Of a stretch of 64,000 nucleotides of DNA, positions 29,054-38,737 are shown piece by piece. Each line of letters opens with the position of its first letter. Position 1 is the stretch's first letter. This DNA is from Dehalococcoidia bacterium (GTDB lineage: Bacteria; Chloroflexota; Dehalococcoidia; Lucifugimonadales; JADFKI01): the NCBI GenBank assembly GCA_965204605.1, contig OZ241999.1, positions 364,598 to 428,597 on the forward strand, written 5' to 3'. The notes under the pieces were generated by a model, which saw only the letters and a program-made list of their open reading frames with translations, searched no databases and was not told where the DNA came from. The translations under genes and the position numbers were made by a program.

Positions 29054-30091
29054 CTACTCCTCGTAGTTGGCTTGGACGCTTACAGCGCCGTCTTGGTTTT
29101 GGGGGTCTAGGTTGGGCGGCAGCAGATCCATCGCGCGGAGCTGATCGAACAGCTCAGTATAGGACTTTTCGCCGAAGTTGCGTATGCCGATGAGCTCCTC
29201 TTTGCTCTTTTCCAGCACTTCGCCAACCTTGTTGATGTTGGCGCGCTTGAGGCAGTTCAGTGTGCGCGAAGAGAGATCCAGCTTTTCCACAACGATGTTG
29301 TACTGCTCCGGGGATATGCTCGGCACGATGACCGGGCTTCCCACATCGGCGGCGTCAACCTGCGCGTGGGCGAACATAAAGAACTTGTTCATCAGGATGT
29401 CGCCGGATTGGCGCAGGGCGTCTATTGGTTCTACCGTGCCGTCCGTCCAGATGTCCACCACAAGGCGCTCGTAGTCGGTGCGCTGCCCGACTCTGGTGGG
29501 TTCCACGCGGTAGTTGACTTTGCGAATGGGCGTGAACACCGCGTCCACGGGAAGCGCGCCTATCGCTTGGTCGTCTCTGGTGAACGCCTCTTGGTATCCG
29601 ACGCCGTGTTCCACATTGAACTCCACCGCGAGCTTGGCGGAGGGCGAGTCCAGGGTCGCCAGATGGAGTTCGGGGTTGACTATCTCGAAGTTGTTCGACG
29701 ACATAATATCGGCGGCGCACACTTCGCCTTCGCCGGCGACTTCCAGGCGCAGTTTGCCCGGGCTGTCGGACTCGGAGCGCAGCCGAATGCCCTTGACATT
29801 GAGCAGGAACTCGGCTATCTCTTCCTTCATATGCTCGATGGTGCCGTACTCATGCACAACGCCTTCGATTTTCACCCAGGTTACGGCGGCGCCGTTGAGG
29901 GAGTTGTACAGCACGCGGCGGAGCGGGTTGCCTAGGGTCATGCCGTAGCCCGGCTCCAGCGGCTCTACCGCGAATCTGCCGTAGCGCTCGGCGTACTCGA
30001 TCTGCTTGATTTCGGGGTTTAGGGCTACCTCCTCTTCCTCTTCTTCCATGGCGGAAATCGTGGTATATGACTGGAAATCACTTAGGACCAT
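29054..30091 (-). CDS. rpoA: DNA-directed RNA polymerase subunit alpha
   Basis: GYG.TLGN.LRRVL.., and a C-terminal domain with LDLS.R..NCLK.ANI..VGEL. Confidence 0.95.
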   Translation of the reverse strand: MVLSDFQSYTTISAMEEEEEEVALNPEIKQIEYAERYGRFAVEPLEPGYGMTLGNPLRRVLYNSLNGAAVTWVKIEGVVHEYGTIEHMKEEIAEFLLNVKGIRLRSESDSPGKLRLEVAGEGEVCAADIMSSNNFEIVNPELHLATLDSPSAKLAVEFNVEHGVGYQEAFTRDDQAIGALPVDAVFTPIRKVNYRVEPTRVGQRTDYERLVVDIWTDGTVEPIDALRQSGDILMNKFFMFAHAQVDAADVGSPVIVPSISPEQYNIVVEKLDLSSRTLNCLKRANINKVGEVLEKSKEELIGIRNFGEKSYTELFDQLRAMDLLPPNLDPQNQDGAVSVQANYEE

Positions 30092-30191
30092 ATGGTGAAT
30101 CTCCTATTCGACAATTTCAGCGGCGGCGTCTGCCAATAGCGTATGGCAGCGCCGCTTGGGAATGGCAGCATGCGCGGGGCTTGCGGCGTGA

Positions 30192-30824
30192 TTACTTGGA
30201 GTAGAACTCCACTACCAGGCGCACGTCGATGCCCGTGTCTATTTCGGATGGATCGGGCAGCGCCATCATTTCGCCTGCGCGGTTGGCGGCGTCGAGGCGC
30301 AGCCAGATGGGGACGGCGCGCTTGGGCGGGCTGTCGGCGAGGTCCTTGATGAAGTCCGGCACGCTGTCCTTGTTGGCAATCTTCCACGCAATCACATCGC
30401 CGGGCTTGACGAGATAGGACGGGATGTCCATGCGCTTGCCGTTGACGGTGAAGTGGCTGTGGTTGACGAGCTGGCGGGCGTGCTGGCGGGATTCGGCGAA
30501 AGAGAGCCGAAAGACGACGTTGTCGAGGCGGGTTTCCAGCAGTTGGAGCAGGGTATCGCCGGTAACGCCGGGGTTGTCGCGCGCCATTTCGAAATACTTT
30601 CTGAACTGCTTTTCCAGCACGCCGTAGGTAAAGCGCGCCTTCTGCTTTTCGCGAAGCTGGACTGCCCAGTCGGAGGAGCGGCGGCGGCGGGGGATGCTGT
30701 CACCCGGGGGCCTTCTGCGGCGCTCGACCGCGCATCGGGGCGTGAGGCACCGCTCGCCTTTGAGAAAGAGTTTCTCACCTATGCGGCGGCACTTGCGGCA
30801 TACTGCGTCAGTGTATCTTGCCAT
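30192..30824 (-). CDS. rpsD: 30S ribosomal protein S4
   Basis: MARYTDAVCRKCRRIGEKLFLKGERC from ATG 30824. The track start GTG 30839 adds 5 atypical residues. Confidence 0.93.
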   Translation of the reverse strand: MARYTDAVCRKCRRIGEKLFLKGERCLTPRCAVERRRRPPGDSIPRRRRSSDWAVQLREKQKARFTYGVLEKQFRKYFEMARDNPGVTGDTLLQLLETRLDNVVFRLSFAESRQHARQLVNHSHFTVNGKRMDIPSYLVKPGDVIAWKIANKDSVPDFIKDLADSPPKRAVPIWLRLDAANRAGEMMALPDPSEIDTGIDVRLVVEFYSK

Positions 30825-30882
30825 TCTTTTGTTCTTCACCCCTCCAAGAGGATTTTTGTAAATCCGTTTCGTTATGCGCTAA

Positions 30883-31797
30883 CTATGCGCTTCTATAGAA
30901 GCGGCCCGCGCCTTCAGGCGGCGGATTTATGCCCAGTTCCTGCGATAGCGTCTCGACATCGTAGTCTTCGTCGGAGCGCTGCCGCAAGTCTAGGTATAGC
31001 AGCGTCCCCGCGATGCCGCCCACGGGCGTGGTGAGCGCGCCCACAATCGTGCCGGTTACCAGCGCATACGCCGTAGCCAATGCGCCCGTGTCTTCCAGCA
31101 ATCCGCTTGGCAACCCGGTTGCTATGGTCAGCGCTGTGGTTATGCCGATGGTTACCAAGATTATCAGCAGCCAAACTGCGAATGTCCGCAACCAATTGCG
31201 GCGCACAAGCCCAAAGCTTCGTTTTAGCGACTCCAGCGGTCTGCAGCCTTCAATCACGACTGCCGGCGTTGCGACCGACCAGTACACCATCAGCGCAATG
31301 ACCGCCAGTCCGGGCAGTATGAACAGCACAAATCCGACGAACATCAGCGCAATCAGCGCCAGCGACACTACGCCAAGCACAAGCAGCGATAGTATGCGCC
31401 ACCAAGCGCGACTCCAGCATCGGGCTACATCCACGCCGTCGGTGGCGTACTGCATTCCCACTGCGTAGGCGATTGCGGCGTTGACCAGTATGGACAGCAT
31501 AAGCGCGATTACGGCGTATCCCGCAAGCGGCGCTATCATCCCTGCGGTTATGGGCGGCAGGCTTGGCACATCCGCCGCCGTCCGCTCTTCGCCGGCGGGC
31601 TGAAACGCCTCTTGCCAAGTCAGAAACAGGTTTGTCAACGAATCGGCTATCGCCAACTCGAATACGGACAGCGGGATTTGGACAATCAGCGCAATCACGA
31701 TGATTTGGCGAAAATGCTTGCCATAGACGGTAAAGCATTCGCCGATGGTCTCGAACGGGTTGCGTCTGAAAATCGGGCTGCGCGTCTCCGCTTGCAT
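30883..31797 (-). CDS. Polytopic membrane protein (GDPD-membrane-domain/DUF975-like) embedded in the alpha operon
   Basis: 304 aa with about 6-7 TM helices. The N-terminal FRRNPFETIGECFTVYGKHFRQIIVIALIV pattern is typical of that uncharacterised family. Co-oriented between rpsK and rpsD. Confidence 0.5.
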   Translation of the reverse strand: MQAETRSPIFRRNPFETIGECFTVYGKHFRQIIVIALIVQIPLSVFELAIADSLTNLFLTWQEAFQPAGEERTAADVPSLPPITAGMIAPLAGYAVIALMLSILVNAAIAYAVGMQYATDGVDVARCWSRAWWRILSLLVLGVVSLALIALMFVGFVLFILPGLAVIALMVYWSVATPAVVIEGCRPLESLKRSFGLVRRNWLRTFAVWLLIILVTIGITTALTIATGLPSGLLEDTGALATAYALVTGTIVGALTTPVGGIAGTLLYLDLRQRSDEDYDVETLSQELGINPPPEGAGRFYRSA

Positions 31798-31809
31798 AAG
31801 CGCCCGCCG

Positions 31810-32196
31810 TTACTGGCGTCGCCGCTTGCGCGGGCGGGCGCCGTTGTGCGGGATGGGCGTCACGTCGCGGATGCTGGTAACGAACAGCCCTTGCGACAGG
31901 AGCGTGCGGATGGCGGCTTCTCTGCCGGCGCCCGGCCCTCTGACGAAGACTTCCACTTGGCGCAGTCCGTTTTCCATGCCTTTGCGGGCGGCGTCTTCGG
32001 CGGCGCGCTGAGCGGCGAATGCGGTGGACTTGCGCGAGCCGCGAAAGCCGGCGGTGCCGGAGCTGCCCCAGGATAGGACGTTGCCTTCGGGATCCGTCAG
32101 CGTGATTATGGTGTTGTTGAATGTGGATTGGATGTACGCCCGTCCAACCGGAACGGACTTGCGCTCCCTGCGCCGAGTGCGTGGTCTTCGCGGCAT
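31810..32196 (-). CDS. rpsK: 30S ribosomal protein S11
   Basis: [36 protein letters not shown]. Confidence 0.95.
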   Translation of the reverse strand: MPRRPRTRRRERKSVPVGRAYIQSTFNNTIITLTDPEGNVLSWGSSGTAGFRGSRKSTAFAAQRAAEDAARKGMENGLRQVEVFVRGPGAGREAAIRTLLSQGLFVTSIRDVTPIPHNGARPRKRRRQ

Positions 32197-32235
32197 CTAC
32201 GCTGCCTTTCGTTAATGCTGTTAGGGTTGCTTGCG

Positions 32236-32619
32236 CTACTTTCGGTTGACGCTTCTGCCGCGCCCGGCGACCGTCTGCTTTCTGCCGCGCTTGGTGCGGG
32301 CGTTGGTGCGGGTGCGTTGGCCGCGCACGGGCAGGCCGCGGCGGTGGCGGAGGCCGCGGTATGTGCCTACGTCCATAAGGCGGCGGATGTTCATATCCAC
32401 TTCGCGGCGCAGGTCGCCTTCCACAATCTTTTCGCGGTCGACGATTTCGCGAATGCGCGTCAGGTCGGTTTCGTCCAGCTCGCGCACGCGGGGATTGCCC
32501 ACGATGCCCGCCTTGTCGACGATGTCTTTCGCTTGATGCGGCCCTACCCCGTATATGCTGCGCAGTGAGATTTCCACGCGCTTGTTGTCGGGAATGTTCA
32601 CGCCGGATACAATCGCCAT
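32236..32619 (-). CDS. rpsM: 30S ribosomal protein S13
   Basis: [26 protein letters not shown] ... [23 protein letters not shown]. Confidence 0.95.
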   Translation of the reverse strand: MAIVSGVNIPDNKRVEISLRSIYGVGPHQAKDIVDKAGIVGNPRVRELDETDLTRIREIVDREKIVEGDLRREVDMNIRRLMDVGTYRGLRHRRGLPVRGQRTRTNARTKRGRKQTVAGRGRSVNRK

Positions 32620-32637
32620 ACTTCCCTCCTGCCTGGT

Positions 32638-32751
32638 TTAGCCCTGCCGCTGCTTGTGCTTCGGGTTTTCGCAGATGATCATAACCCTGCGGTGCCGCCG
32701 TATCACGCGGCATTTGGCGCATCTTGTTTTTACCGATGCCGATACTTTCAT
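32638..32751 (-). CDS. rpmJ: 50S ribosomal protein L36
   Basis: Below the track cutoff. The reverse strand reads [37 protein letters not shown] (37 aa). Confidence 0.93.
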   Translation of the reverse strand: MKVSASVKTRCAKCRVIRRHRRVMIICENPKHKQRQG

Positions 32752-32947
32752 AACATCGCCTTTCTTAACACTGCCGCTTTGCGCTTATCGGAAGCGTAAG
32801 GCAGTAAAACCTCGCTTGAAATTTATCCCCAAATCCCTCTATAGATTAAGGCGTTAGCGCATTCACTTGCCCTCGCAAACTTGCATAAGGGGCGGGAAAT
32901 GCCATTGGGATTGAGACAGCGCAAACTGCTGGCGGCTGCCGCAAGCG

Positions 32948-33166
32948 CTACTTGAAGCGATAGGTTATTCTGCCTCTTGCGAGGTCGTAGGGCGAAAGCT
33001 CCACCAGCACCTTGTCGCCCGGCAGCACGCGGATGAAGTTCAGGCGTATCTTGCCGGACACATACGCCAGAACGCGGTGTCCGTTTGCCAGCTCCACGCG
33101 GAAGCTCGCATTGGGCAGCGATTCGGTTACGGTGCCTTCGACCTCGATGGCTTCCCTTTTAGCCAT
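32948..33166 (-). CDS. infA: Translation initiation factor IF-1
   Basis: [61 protein letters not shown]. Confidence 0.95.
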   Translation of the reverse strand: MAKREAIEVEGTVTESLPNASFRVELANGHRVLAYVSGKIRLNFIRVLPGDKVLVELSPYDLARGRITYRFK

Positions 33167-33192
33167 TCGTTCTCCTTATGGAATGCAGCGGG

Positions 33193-33996
33193 CTAGAAGT
33201 AGTAGCCGCTTGGGGTGGACAGCCTTTCTGCGCCGTTTGCGGTGATTGCGATTGTGTCCTCGAAGTGCGCCGACAGGCTGCCGTCTGCGGTAACGACCGT
33301 CCATCCGTCGTCCAGCTGCTTTGTGTAGCGCTTGCCGATGATGAGCATCGGCTCAATGGCAATCGCCATGCCCTTTCTGATGCGCGGGCCGCGGCCGGCT
33401 TTGCCGTGGTTTGGCACTTGCGGGTCTTCATGCAGGGCGCGCCCAATGCCGTGTCCCACATATTTGCGAACTACCGAATAGCCTTGTCCTTCCGCATATA
33501 CTTGAACGGCGTGCGATATATCGCCGATGCGCTTGCCCGCCCGCGCCTGCGCTATGCCCTGCGCCAGCGCCTCGCGGGTTGCGTCTATGAGGCGCTGCGC
33601 CTGCTCCGAAATCTCGCCTACGCCCACGGTGAAGGCGCTGTCGCCGTGAAAGCCGTTCACAATCGCGCCCACGTCCACGCTGAAAATATCGCCCTCTTTC
33701 AGTCGCCTTTTGCCCGGTATGCCGTGTACAATTTCGTCGTTTATAGAGGCGCAAATCGTGCCGGGGAACGGGATGGGCCCGCCCGCCGCATAGCCTTTGA
33801 ATGATGGAACTGCGCCCATGCCGCGTATAACCTTTTCGGCGATCCTATCCAGCGCCGCGGTGGTAACGCCCGGCTTCACGGCGTCCCTGACATGCGCTTT
33901 GGCTTCGGCGACGACTTTGCTCGCCTGCCGCATCAGCTCGATTTCTTTATCGGACTTTATGGTTATCCCGCTAGGGATTCGCTGCGCTGTGGTCAT
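33193..33996 (-). CDS. map: Type I methionine aminopeptidase
   Basis: Metal-ligand contexts D(I)FSVDVG, GFHGD, VGHGIG and IEPM. Confidence 0.92.
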   Translation of the reverse strand: MTTAQRIPSGITIKSDKEIELMRQASKVVAEAKAHVRDAVKPGVTTAALDRIAEKVIRGMGAVPSFKGYAAGGPIPFPGTICASINDEIVHGIPGKRRLKEGDIFSVDVGAIVNGFHGDSAFTVGVGEISEQAQRLIDATREALAQGIAQARAGKRIGDISHAVQVYAEGQGYSVVRKYVGHGIGRALHEDPQVPNHGKAGRGPRIRKGMAIAIEPMLIIGKRYTKQLDDGWTVVTADGSLSAHFEDTIAITANGAERLSTPSGYYF

Positions 33997-34046
33997 ATTT
34001 CCCCAGGATAGACGCCTATTTCCCCCGAATAGACGCCCAAAGGTAC

Positions 34047-34055
34047 ATTATAGCA
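34047..34055 (-). promoter_or_regulatory. Extended -10 element (TGCTATAAT) upstream of map
   Basis: The reverse strand reads TGCTATAAT about 50 nt upstream of the map ATG, in the spacer left after the AIPR gene. No good -35 box. Confidence 0.4.
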
Positions 34056-34112
34056 AATTGGCGCGGCGATTGGCGCTAATTGCGGGTTGGGGGCGAGGGT
34101 GCGCTCGAATGC

Positions 34113-36050
34113 CTAGTTCTCGATCAGCGCTTTTGCAACGAACTCTCTTTGTGTAAGTCCGTCAAGCATAGGCGCAGGGATACTGGTGAACATACTGTTA
34201 TGTTGCGCAATCAGTTGCTCCAGCAAAGGTGAGTGACTGGCTTGCCCCAAAGCCTCGGCTTTCAGAAAACCGTTCAGATCGCCGTTATGGATTTCGTTAA
34301 ACGAAACCTCTTTGTGGGCAGTGTGGGGCGCTGCGCTGCCTATGGTCAGGTATTGATCGATTAGCGCAATTGCCGCGTTATTCAGTATCGTGAACTGCTC
34401 TTGCGCTTCGGTAGCGGTGAGATTTATCACGGCATCGGTCAACACGCTAGTAGGGTCGGGCGGTATCTGAAACTCAGGGGTCAGCAATACCACGTTGTGC
34501 AGCATTCTCATTATGATGTGGTAAAACAAGAACCTTGACTGGCGTCTGCTAGGCAGCTTGGCATTGCGGCCAAAGCCGATGTCATCAGCCGCGCACTTAA
34601 TCATGTACGCTGCATACAAGTCCGCTGCGCCAAAAGCCGGACCTGTGTCCCGCTTTACCATTCGCTCATAGACCGATCCATTTGGCAAGAAAGGCGGGTT
34701 CTTGCTAAATGCTAGTCCGGGAGTCCCGAGCCATCCTGCGCCATAGACCTTGATGAGATCGAACGCATTCACATAGGCATCGAACGGCTTCACTTCAGGA
34801 TGCTGCTTTTCCCATGCTTTGCGAGATTCTATGCCGCCGCGTTGAATCTCAAGGTAGATATTGTAATTTTGCGCCATGTCCCTGGCCCAGGTCTGGAATC
34901 CTCTATCCAATGCCAAGAAGTCTTGCTCGCGAACAGAGTTTTGGGAGTTGGTGTAGCGCGTGATATTTACGATTTCGGCATCATCGCTGCGTACAATTTT
35001 GGTTACAACGCCGCCGCGGCTAGCCAATTCCTTCCATTTGTCGGTGTCTGCGTTTTGTCCGGTGCCGCCGGATTGGAGTTTGCCATCCAACACCTGCCAA
35101 ATAGTGCGGGTTGTCTGGCAACCGTTCACCACATAAGGGTCGTACATGGTGACAGTCCCGTCTTGACGATCGGCTCTGGAGAAGTTGGACACGACGATGG
35201 TTATGCCGTTGTTGTATAGCCCGAACTTGTCGGGTTGGTCGTTTAGAGTGGCGGCGATGCCCTTGTTTATCTTACGGCGGTTGCCCAAGAACTGCCGTAC
35301 ATTGCGCTCGTAGAGTTGATCCAGGTTGCCGGTTCGCTGTTGATATTCTTTGAGGAAATCAAACAGGCGCAACAACGGCACAGTCCCAACCAGCAGATTG
35401 GAAGATTGCTCTACAAAATTGCCTGTAACGGGGACAGACAATTTCGACGGATCGCCGTCGTCCAGCGTTTCCCAAATGGTTCGCAGTGACACTTCCTCGA
35501 CATCAAAGTTTGGGAAGACGCGCTCTCTTCCCAATATCTTGATGTTTTCAAGCGCTTGGCGGTCTTGTTGGGTAATTGGGTCGGTGGTTGCGAAGACCAG
35601 ATTGATGCGGTCGGAGTCGGACGCTTGTTGCTGGAACAGGTCGAGTTTTGCAACCAATTGGCGGCTATCATCGGATAGATGCTGATTCTGACCCGACAGC
35701 GTTGCAATAATCTTATTGCCTTCCACCAGTATGGTTTCCGAACCTGCAAACGCAGTTCCATACTTGCTTTGGACGATATACCATGTATCGCCTTCGATGG
35801 TGTTATCGTCCTGATTAGCGGGGTCGACGTCCGCCCGCTGCAGATATGCGGCGTCTATGCCGCCATCGCTGGAGCCATCGCAGATAACGAAATCGTCGTC
35901 ATCCGTAGTTACGCCAAGCCACTGAGTTATGAGTTTTGCCGCAAAACGTCTGCCCTTCTCCAATGGAGCGGGGTTGCCATCTTCTATTTCAGACAGCCAC
36001 TCTTCGCGAAATTGCTCGTAGGTAACTTTGTCTGATGGCGTGGTTGTCAT
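34113..36050 (-). CDS. AIPR-family abortive-infection/phage-resistance protein with N-terminal nuclease-like domain
   Basis: 645 aa. N-terminus FVICDGSSDGGIDAAY...TWYIVQSKYG (D..DGGID...QxK, Mrr/PD-(D/E)xK-like). Central NVRQFLGNRRKINKGIAATL, FGLYNNGITIV and YVVNGCQTTRTIW match my memory of the AIPR domain (PF10592). Clearly AT-richer than the flanking genes. Confidence 0.75.
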   Translation of the reverse strand: MTTTPSDKVTYEQFREEWLSEIEDGNPAPLEKGRRFAAKLITQWLGVTTDDDDFVICDGSSDGGIDAAYLQRADVDPANQDDNTIEGDTWYIVQSKYGTAFAGSETILVEGNKIIATLSGQNQHLSDDSRQLVAKLDLFQQQASDSDRINLVFATTDPITQQDRQALENIKILGRERVFPNFDVEEVSLRTIWETLDDGDPSKLSVPVTGNFVEQSSNLLVGTVPLLRLFDFLKEYQQRTGNLDQLYERNVRQFLGNRRKINKGIAATLNDQPDKFGLYNNGITIVVSNFSRADRQDGTVTMYDPYVVNGCQTTRTIWQVLDGKLQSGGTGQNADTDKWKELASRGGVVTKIVRSDDAEIVNITRYTNSQNSVREQDFLALDRGFQTWARDMAQNYNIYLEIQRGGIESRKAWEKQHPEVKPFDAYVNAFDLIKVYGAGWLGTPGLAFSKNPPFLPNGSVYERMVKRDTGPAFGAADLYAAYMIKCAADDIGFGRNAKLPSRRQSRFLFYHIIMRMLHNVVLLTPEFQIPPDPTSVLTDAVINLTATEAQEQFTILNNAAIALIDQYLTIGSAAPHTAHKEVSFNEIHNGDLNGFLKAEALGQASHSPLLEQLIAQHNSMFTSIPAPMLDGLTQREFVAKALIEN

Positions 36051-36083
36051 TGATTTCCTCTATATCCTGCAATCGACTTAATC

Positions 36084-36112
36084 AATATATTATTGTCTCA
36101 GTCTAATTGCAA
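36084..36112 (-). promoter_or_regulatory. Putative dedicated promoter of the AIPR gene (TTGCAA-17-TATATT)
   Basis: Minus strand: -35 TTGCAA (36112..36107), 17-nt spacer, -10 TATATT (36089..36084). A GAGGAA RBS lies before ATG 36050. Confidence 0.5.
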
Positions 36113-36113
36113 A

Positions 36114-36139
36114 TCAAACGCAACGGAGCGTTGCTTTGA
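36114..36139 (-). terminator. Stem-loop directly after adk (terminator/attenuator-like)
   Basis: Minus strand: TCAAAGCAACG-ctc-CGTTGCGTTTGA followed by TTTG. Starts 7 nt after the adk stop. Confidence 0.45.
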
Positions 36140-36145
36140 GTTCGC

Positions 36146-36784
36146 CTACCCCAGCGCTTCCACCAGCGCCCGGCCGACGTCGTCCACCGCGCCTTCGCCG
36201 TCGATTTCGCGCAAGATGCCGGCGTTGCGATAGTAGCCTACAAGCGGCTGCGTTTCTGCGAAGTACACGCCTAGCCGCGTCTTGACCACTTCTGGCTTGT
36301 CGTCGTCGCGCTGATAGACTTCACCGTCGCAGTCGTCACATTCACCCTGCGTTTTGGGCGGCGAGTTGAGTTCGTGATACGGCTTTTGGCATTTGCGGCA
36401 TATCAGGCGTCCGGCGAGTCGCCGCACAAGTTCGTCTTCGCGCACATTCACATACAGCGCGCGGTCGATGCCGCCGCTTGCGCTGAGTTCGGCGTCCAGC
36501 GCTTCCGCCTGCGCCAGCGTGCGCGGGAAGCCGTCCAGCACGAAGCCGCCCGCCTGCTCCGGCGCGGAAATCCACGACATCACAAGCCGTATGGTTACAT
36601 CGTCGGGCACCAGCGCGCCTCTGTCCATATACGACTTTGCCAGCAGTCCGAGTTCGGTTTCGTTGCGAAGGTTTTCGCGAAACAGATCGCCGGACGCCGC
36701 GCGCGCGACGCCCAGCGCATCGGCTATGCGCGCCGCCTGCGTCCCTTTGCCCGCCCCCGGCGGTCCCAGCAGTATCACCTTCAC
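36146..36784 (-). CDS. adk: Adenylate kinase (Cys4 zinc lid type)
   Basis: (V)KVILLGPPGAGKGTQ P-loop and lid CRKC...CDDC. The GTG 36784 start is inferred from N-terminal homology; the track ORF extends to TTG 36814. Confidence 0.92.
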   Translation of the reverse strand: MKVILLGPPGAGKGTQAARIADALGVARAASGDLFRENLRNETELGLLAKSYMDRGALVPDDVTIRLVMSWISAPEQAGGFVLDGFPRTLAQAEALDAELSASGGIDRALYVNVREDELVRRLAGRLICRKCQKPYHELNSPPKTQGECDDCDGEVYQRDDDKPEVVKTRLGVYFAETQPLVGYYRNAGILREIDGEGAVDDVGRALVEALG

Positions 36785-36841
36785 CTGTTGAACGGATCCT
36801 TTCCGGAAGCCCAACGCCGTCGGTTTGGCGTTGAGCCTTCG

Positions 36842-38182
36842 CTATCGTATGAAGCCTTCGTAGTTGCGCATCAGAAGCTGCGCCTCGAGTTGGCGCATCG
36901 TGTCCAGCGCCACGCCTACCATAATCAGCAGGCTTGTGCTGCTCAGCGTGAGCGAGCGCACATCGGTTGCCTGCGTAACGAAGAACGGCAGGATGGCGAC
37001 TATGCCCAGGAACAGCGCGCCGCCCCATGTAATTCGCACCAGCACGCGCGTTAAGTATTCCTGCGTGGGACTGCCGGGGCGTATGCCGGGAATAAACCCG
37101 CCGTTGCGCTGCAGATTTCCAGCCAAGTCCTGCTGCTGGAATGTTATGAGCGTGTAGAAGAAGGTGAAAATCACCACCAGCACGAACACAAACGCCCAGT
37201 ACGGGAACGCCGTGGGGTCGAGGCTGTCCGCCAAGAACTGCGCCAGCCGCGAGATGAAGCTGTCGCTGAGCGGGTTGCTGAAGTAGCTTGCGACGGTGCC
37301 GGGCAGTATGACGATGGAAAAGGCGAATATCAGCGGTATCATTCCCGCCGAGTTGACGCGCAGAGGCAGGAATGTGGAGCCTGACTGCCGTTGCATTCTG
37401 CCGCCGCGAAACACGCTGCGTCCGTATTGCACCGGCACGCGCCGCTGCGCTTCGGTGAACATCACGATGAAGAATATCACCACAAACGCGAACAGCCCTA
37501 GGAGCAGCAGTCCCGCCGCCTCATCGCTCTCAAGCAAGCCCTGCCCGACTACCTGCGGGAAGCGCGCCACTATGCCGCCGAATATGATTAGCGATATGCC
37601 GTTGCCCAGACCGCGCTCGGTGATGAGCTCGCCCAGCCATACTAGGAACATCGTTCCCGCAATCATCGACGCCACCATCGCCAGCGTGGGCAGGTTGAAG
37701 CCGAAGTCTATGCCCGGCAGCACGCCCGCCTGCAGCAGCAGCGTGAGCTGACCCCACGACTGCAGCGCCGCTATCGGCACGGTGAGATAGTGCGTGTACT
37801 GGTTGATGCGCTGGCGTCCGAACTCGCCTTCTTGGGAGAGCGCCTTCAGGCTTGGGATGACCGGCACAAGGATTTGCATCACGATGGAAGCGGTGATGTA
37901 GGGATAGACGCCCAGCGCCGCAACGCTGAGGTTCGCCAGGGCGCCGCCGCTGAACAGGTCGAGGAAGCCCAGCAGTTCGCTTGCGCCGAATGCTTGGGAT
38001 AGCGCCTGCGCGTCCACGCCCGGCACCGGCACGTGCGCCACGAACCGGAACACCACCAGCATCGCCAGGGTGAACAGGATTTTGCCGCGCAGATCCGGCA
38101 CGCGCATGGCGTCGATCATCGATTGGATGAGCTGCGGCCTGGACACCTCTTGCGTTCTGGACGCCTGATTTGGGCGCATCAT
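36842..38182 (-). CDS. secY: Preprotein translocase subunit SecY
   Basis: 446 aa with 10 TM helices. Motifs: LR.KILFTL..L.VFR, LFSGGAL...SV.ALG..PYI.ASI, GG.IPGIRPG..T. Confidence 0.95.
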   Translation of the reverse strand: MMRPNQASRTQEVSRPQLIQSMIDAMRVPDLRGKILFTLAMLVVFRFVAHVPVPGVDAQALSQAFGASELLGFLDLFSGGALANLSVAALGVYPYITASIVMQILVPVIPSLKALSQEGEFGRQRINQYTHYLTVPIAALQSWGQLTLLLQAGVLPGIDFGFNLPTLAMVASMIAGTMFLVWLGELITERGLGNGISLIIFGGIVARFPQVVGQGLLESDEAAGLLLLGLFAFVVIFFIVMFTEAQRRVPVQYGRSVFRGGRMQRQSGSTFLPLRVNSAGMIPLIFAFSIVILPGTVASYFSNPLSDSFISRLAQFLADSLDPTAFPYWAFVFVLVVIFTFFYTLITFQQQDLAGNLQRNGGFIPGIRPGSPTQEYLTRVLVRITWGGALFLGIVAILPFFVTQATDVRSLTLSSTSLLIMVGVALDTMRQLEAQLLMRNYEGFIR

Positions 38183-38628
38183 CAGCCGATCTCCCTGACG
38201 GTGCCGCCGGCGGCTTGGATCTTTTGTCGCGCCGATGCGGAGAACTTGTGCGCCGCCACGGTGAGCGGGACGTCGATTTCGCCGCGCCCAAGTATCTTGA
38301 TGGGCTTGTTGGCGTTTCGCACAATGCCTGCGTCGCCTAGCGCGGCGGGGTTCACATCGCTATGGGCGTCGAACGCCGCGAGGCTCGCCACATTCACCAC
38401 GTTGTACTCTACGCGGAATATGTTGGTGAAGCCGCGCACAAACGGGAGCTTCTTGGACAACGGAAGTTGGCCGCCTTCGAAGCCGGGGCGCACGCCGCCG
38501 CCGCTGCGCGATTTCTGTCCCTTCATACCCCTGCCGGCGAAGCTGCCGTAGCCGCTGCTGTCGCCGCGGCCTACGCGGCGTCTTGCGCGCTTTGCGCCCG
38601 CCGGCGGTCTCAATTCGTGCTGCTGCAT
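38182..38628 (-). CDS. rplO: 50S ribosomal protein L15
   Basis: L..L.P..GA.R.R.RVGRG..SG.G...GRG.KGQK.RSG. Confidence 0.93.
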   Translation of the reverse strand: MQQHELRPPAGAKRARRRVGRGDSSGYGSFAGRGMKGQKSRSGGGVRPGFEGGQLPLSKKLPFVRGFTNIFRVEYNVVNVASLAAFDAHSDVNPAALGDAGIVRNANKPIKILGRGEIDVPLTVAAHKFSASARQKIQAAGGTVREIG

Positions 38629-38737
38629 CTCTTAATTGCCTTTATTATTGTTATTATCTTTCGTCCGCGCTATCGCAGATGCGATCATATCCTTCAATGC
38701 TGCGTATCGCGATCAGCGCTTTCGGCTGCGCGCTGCG

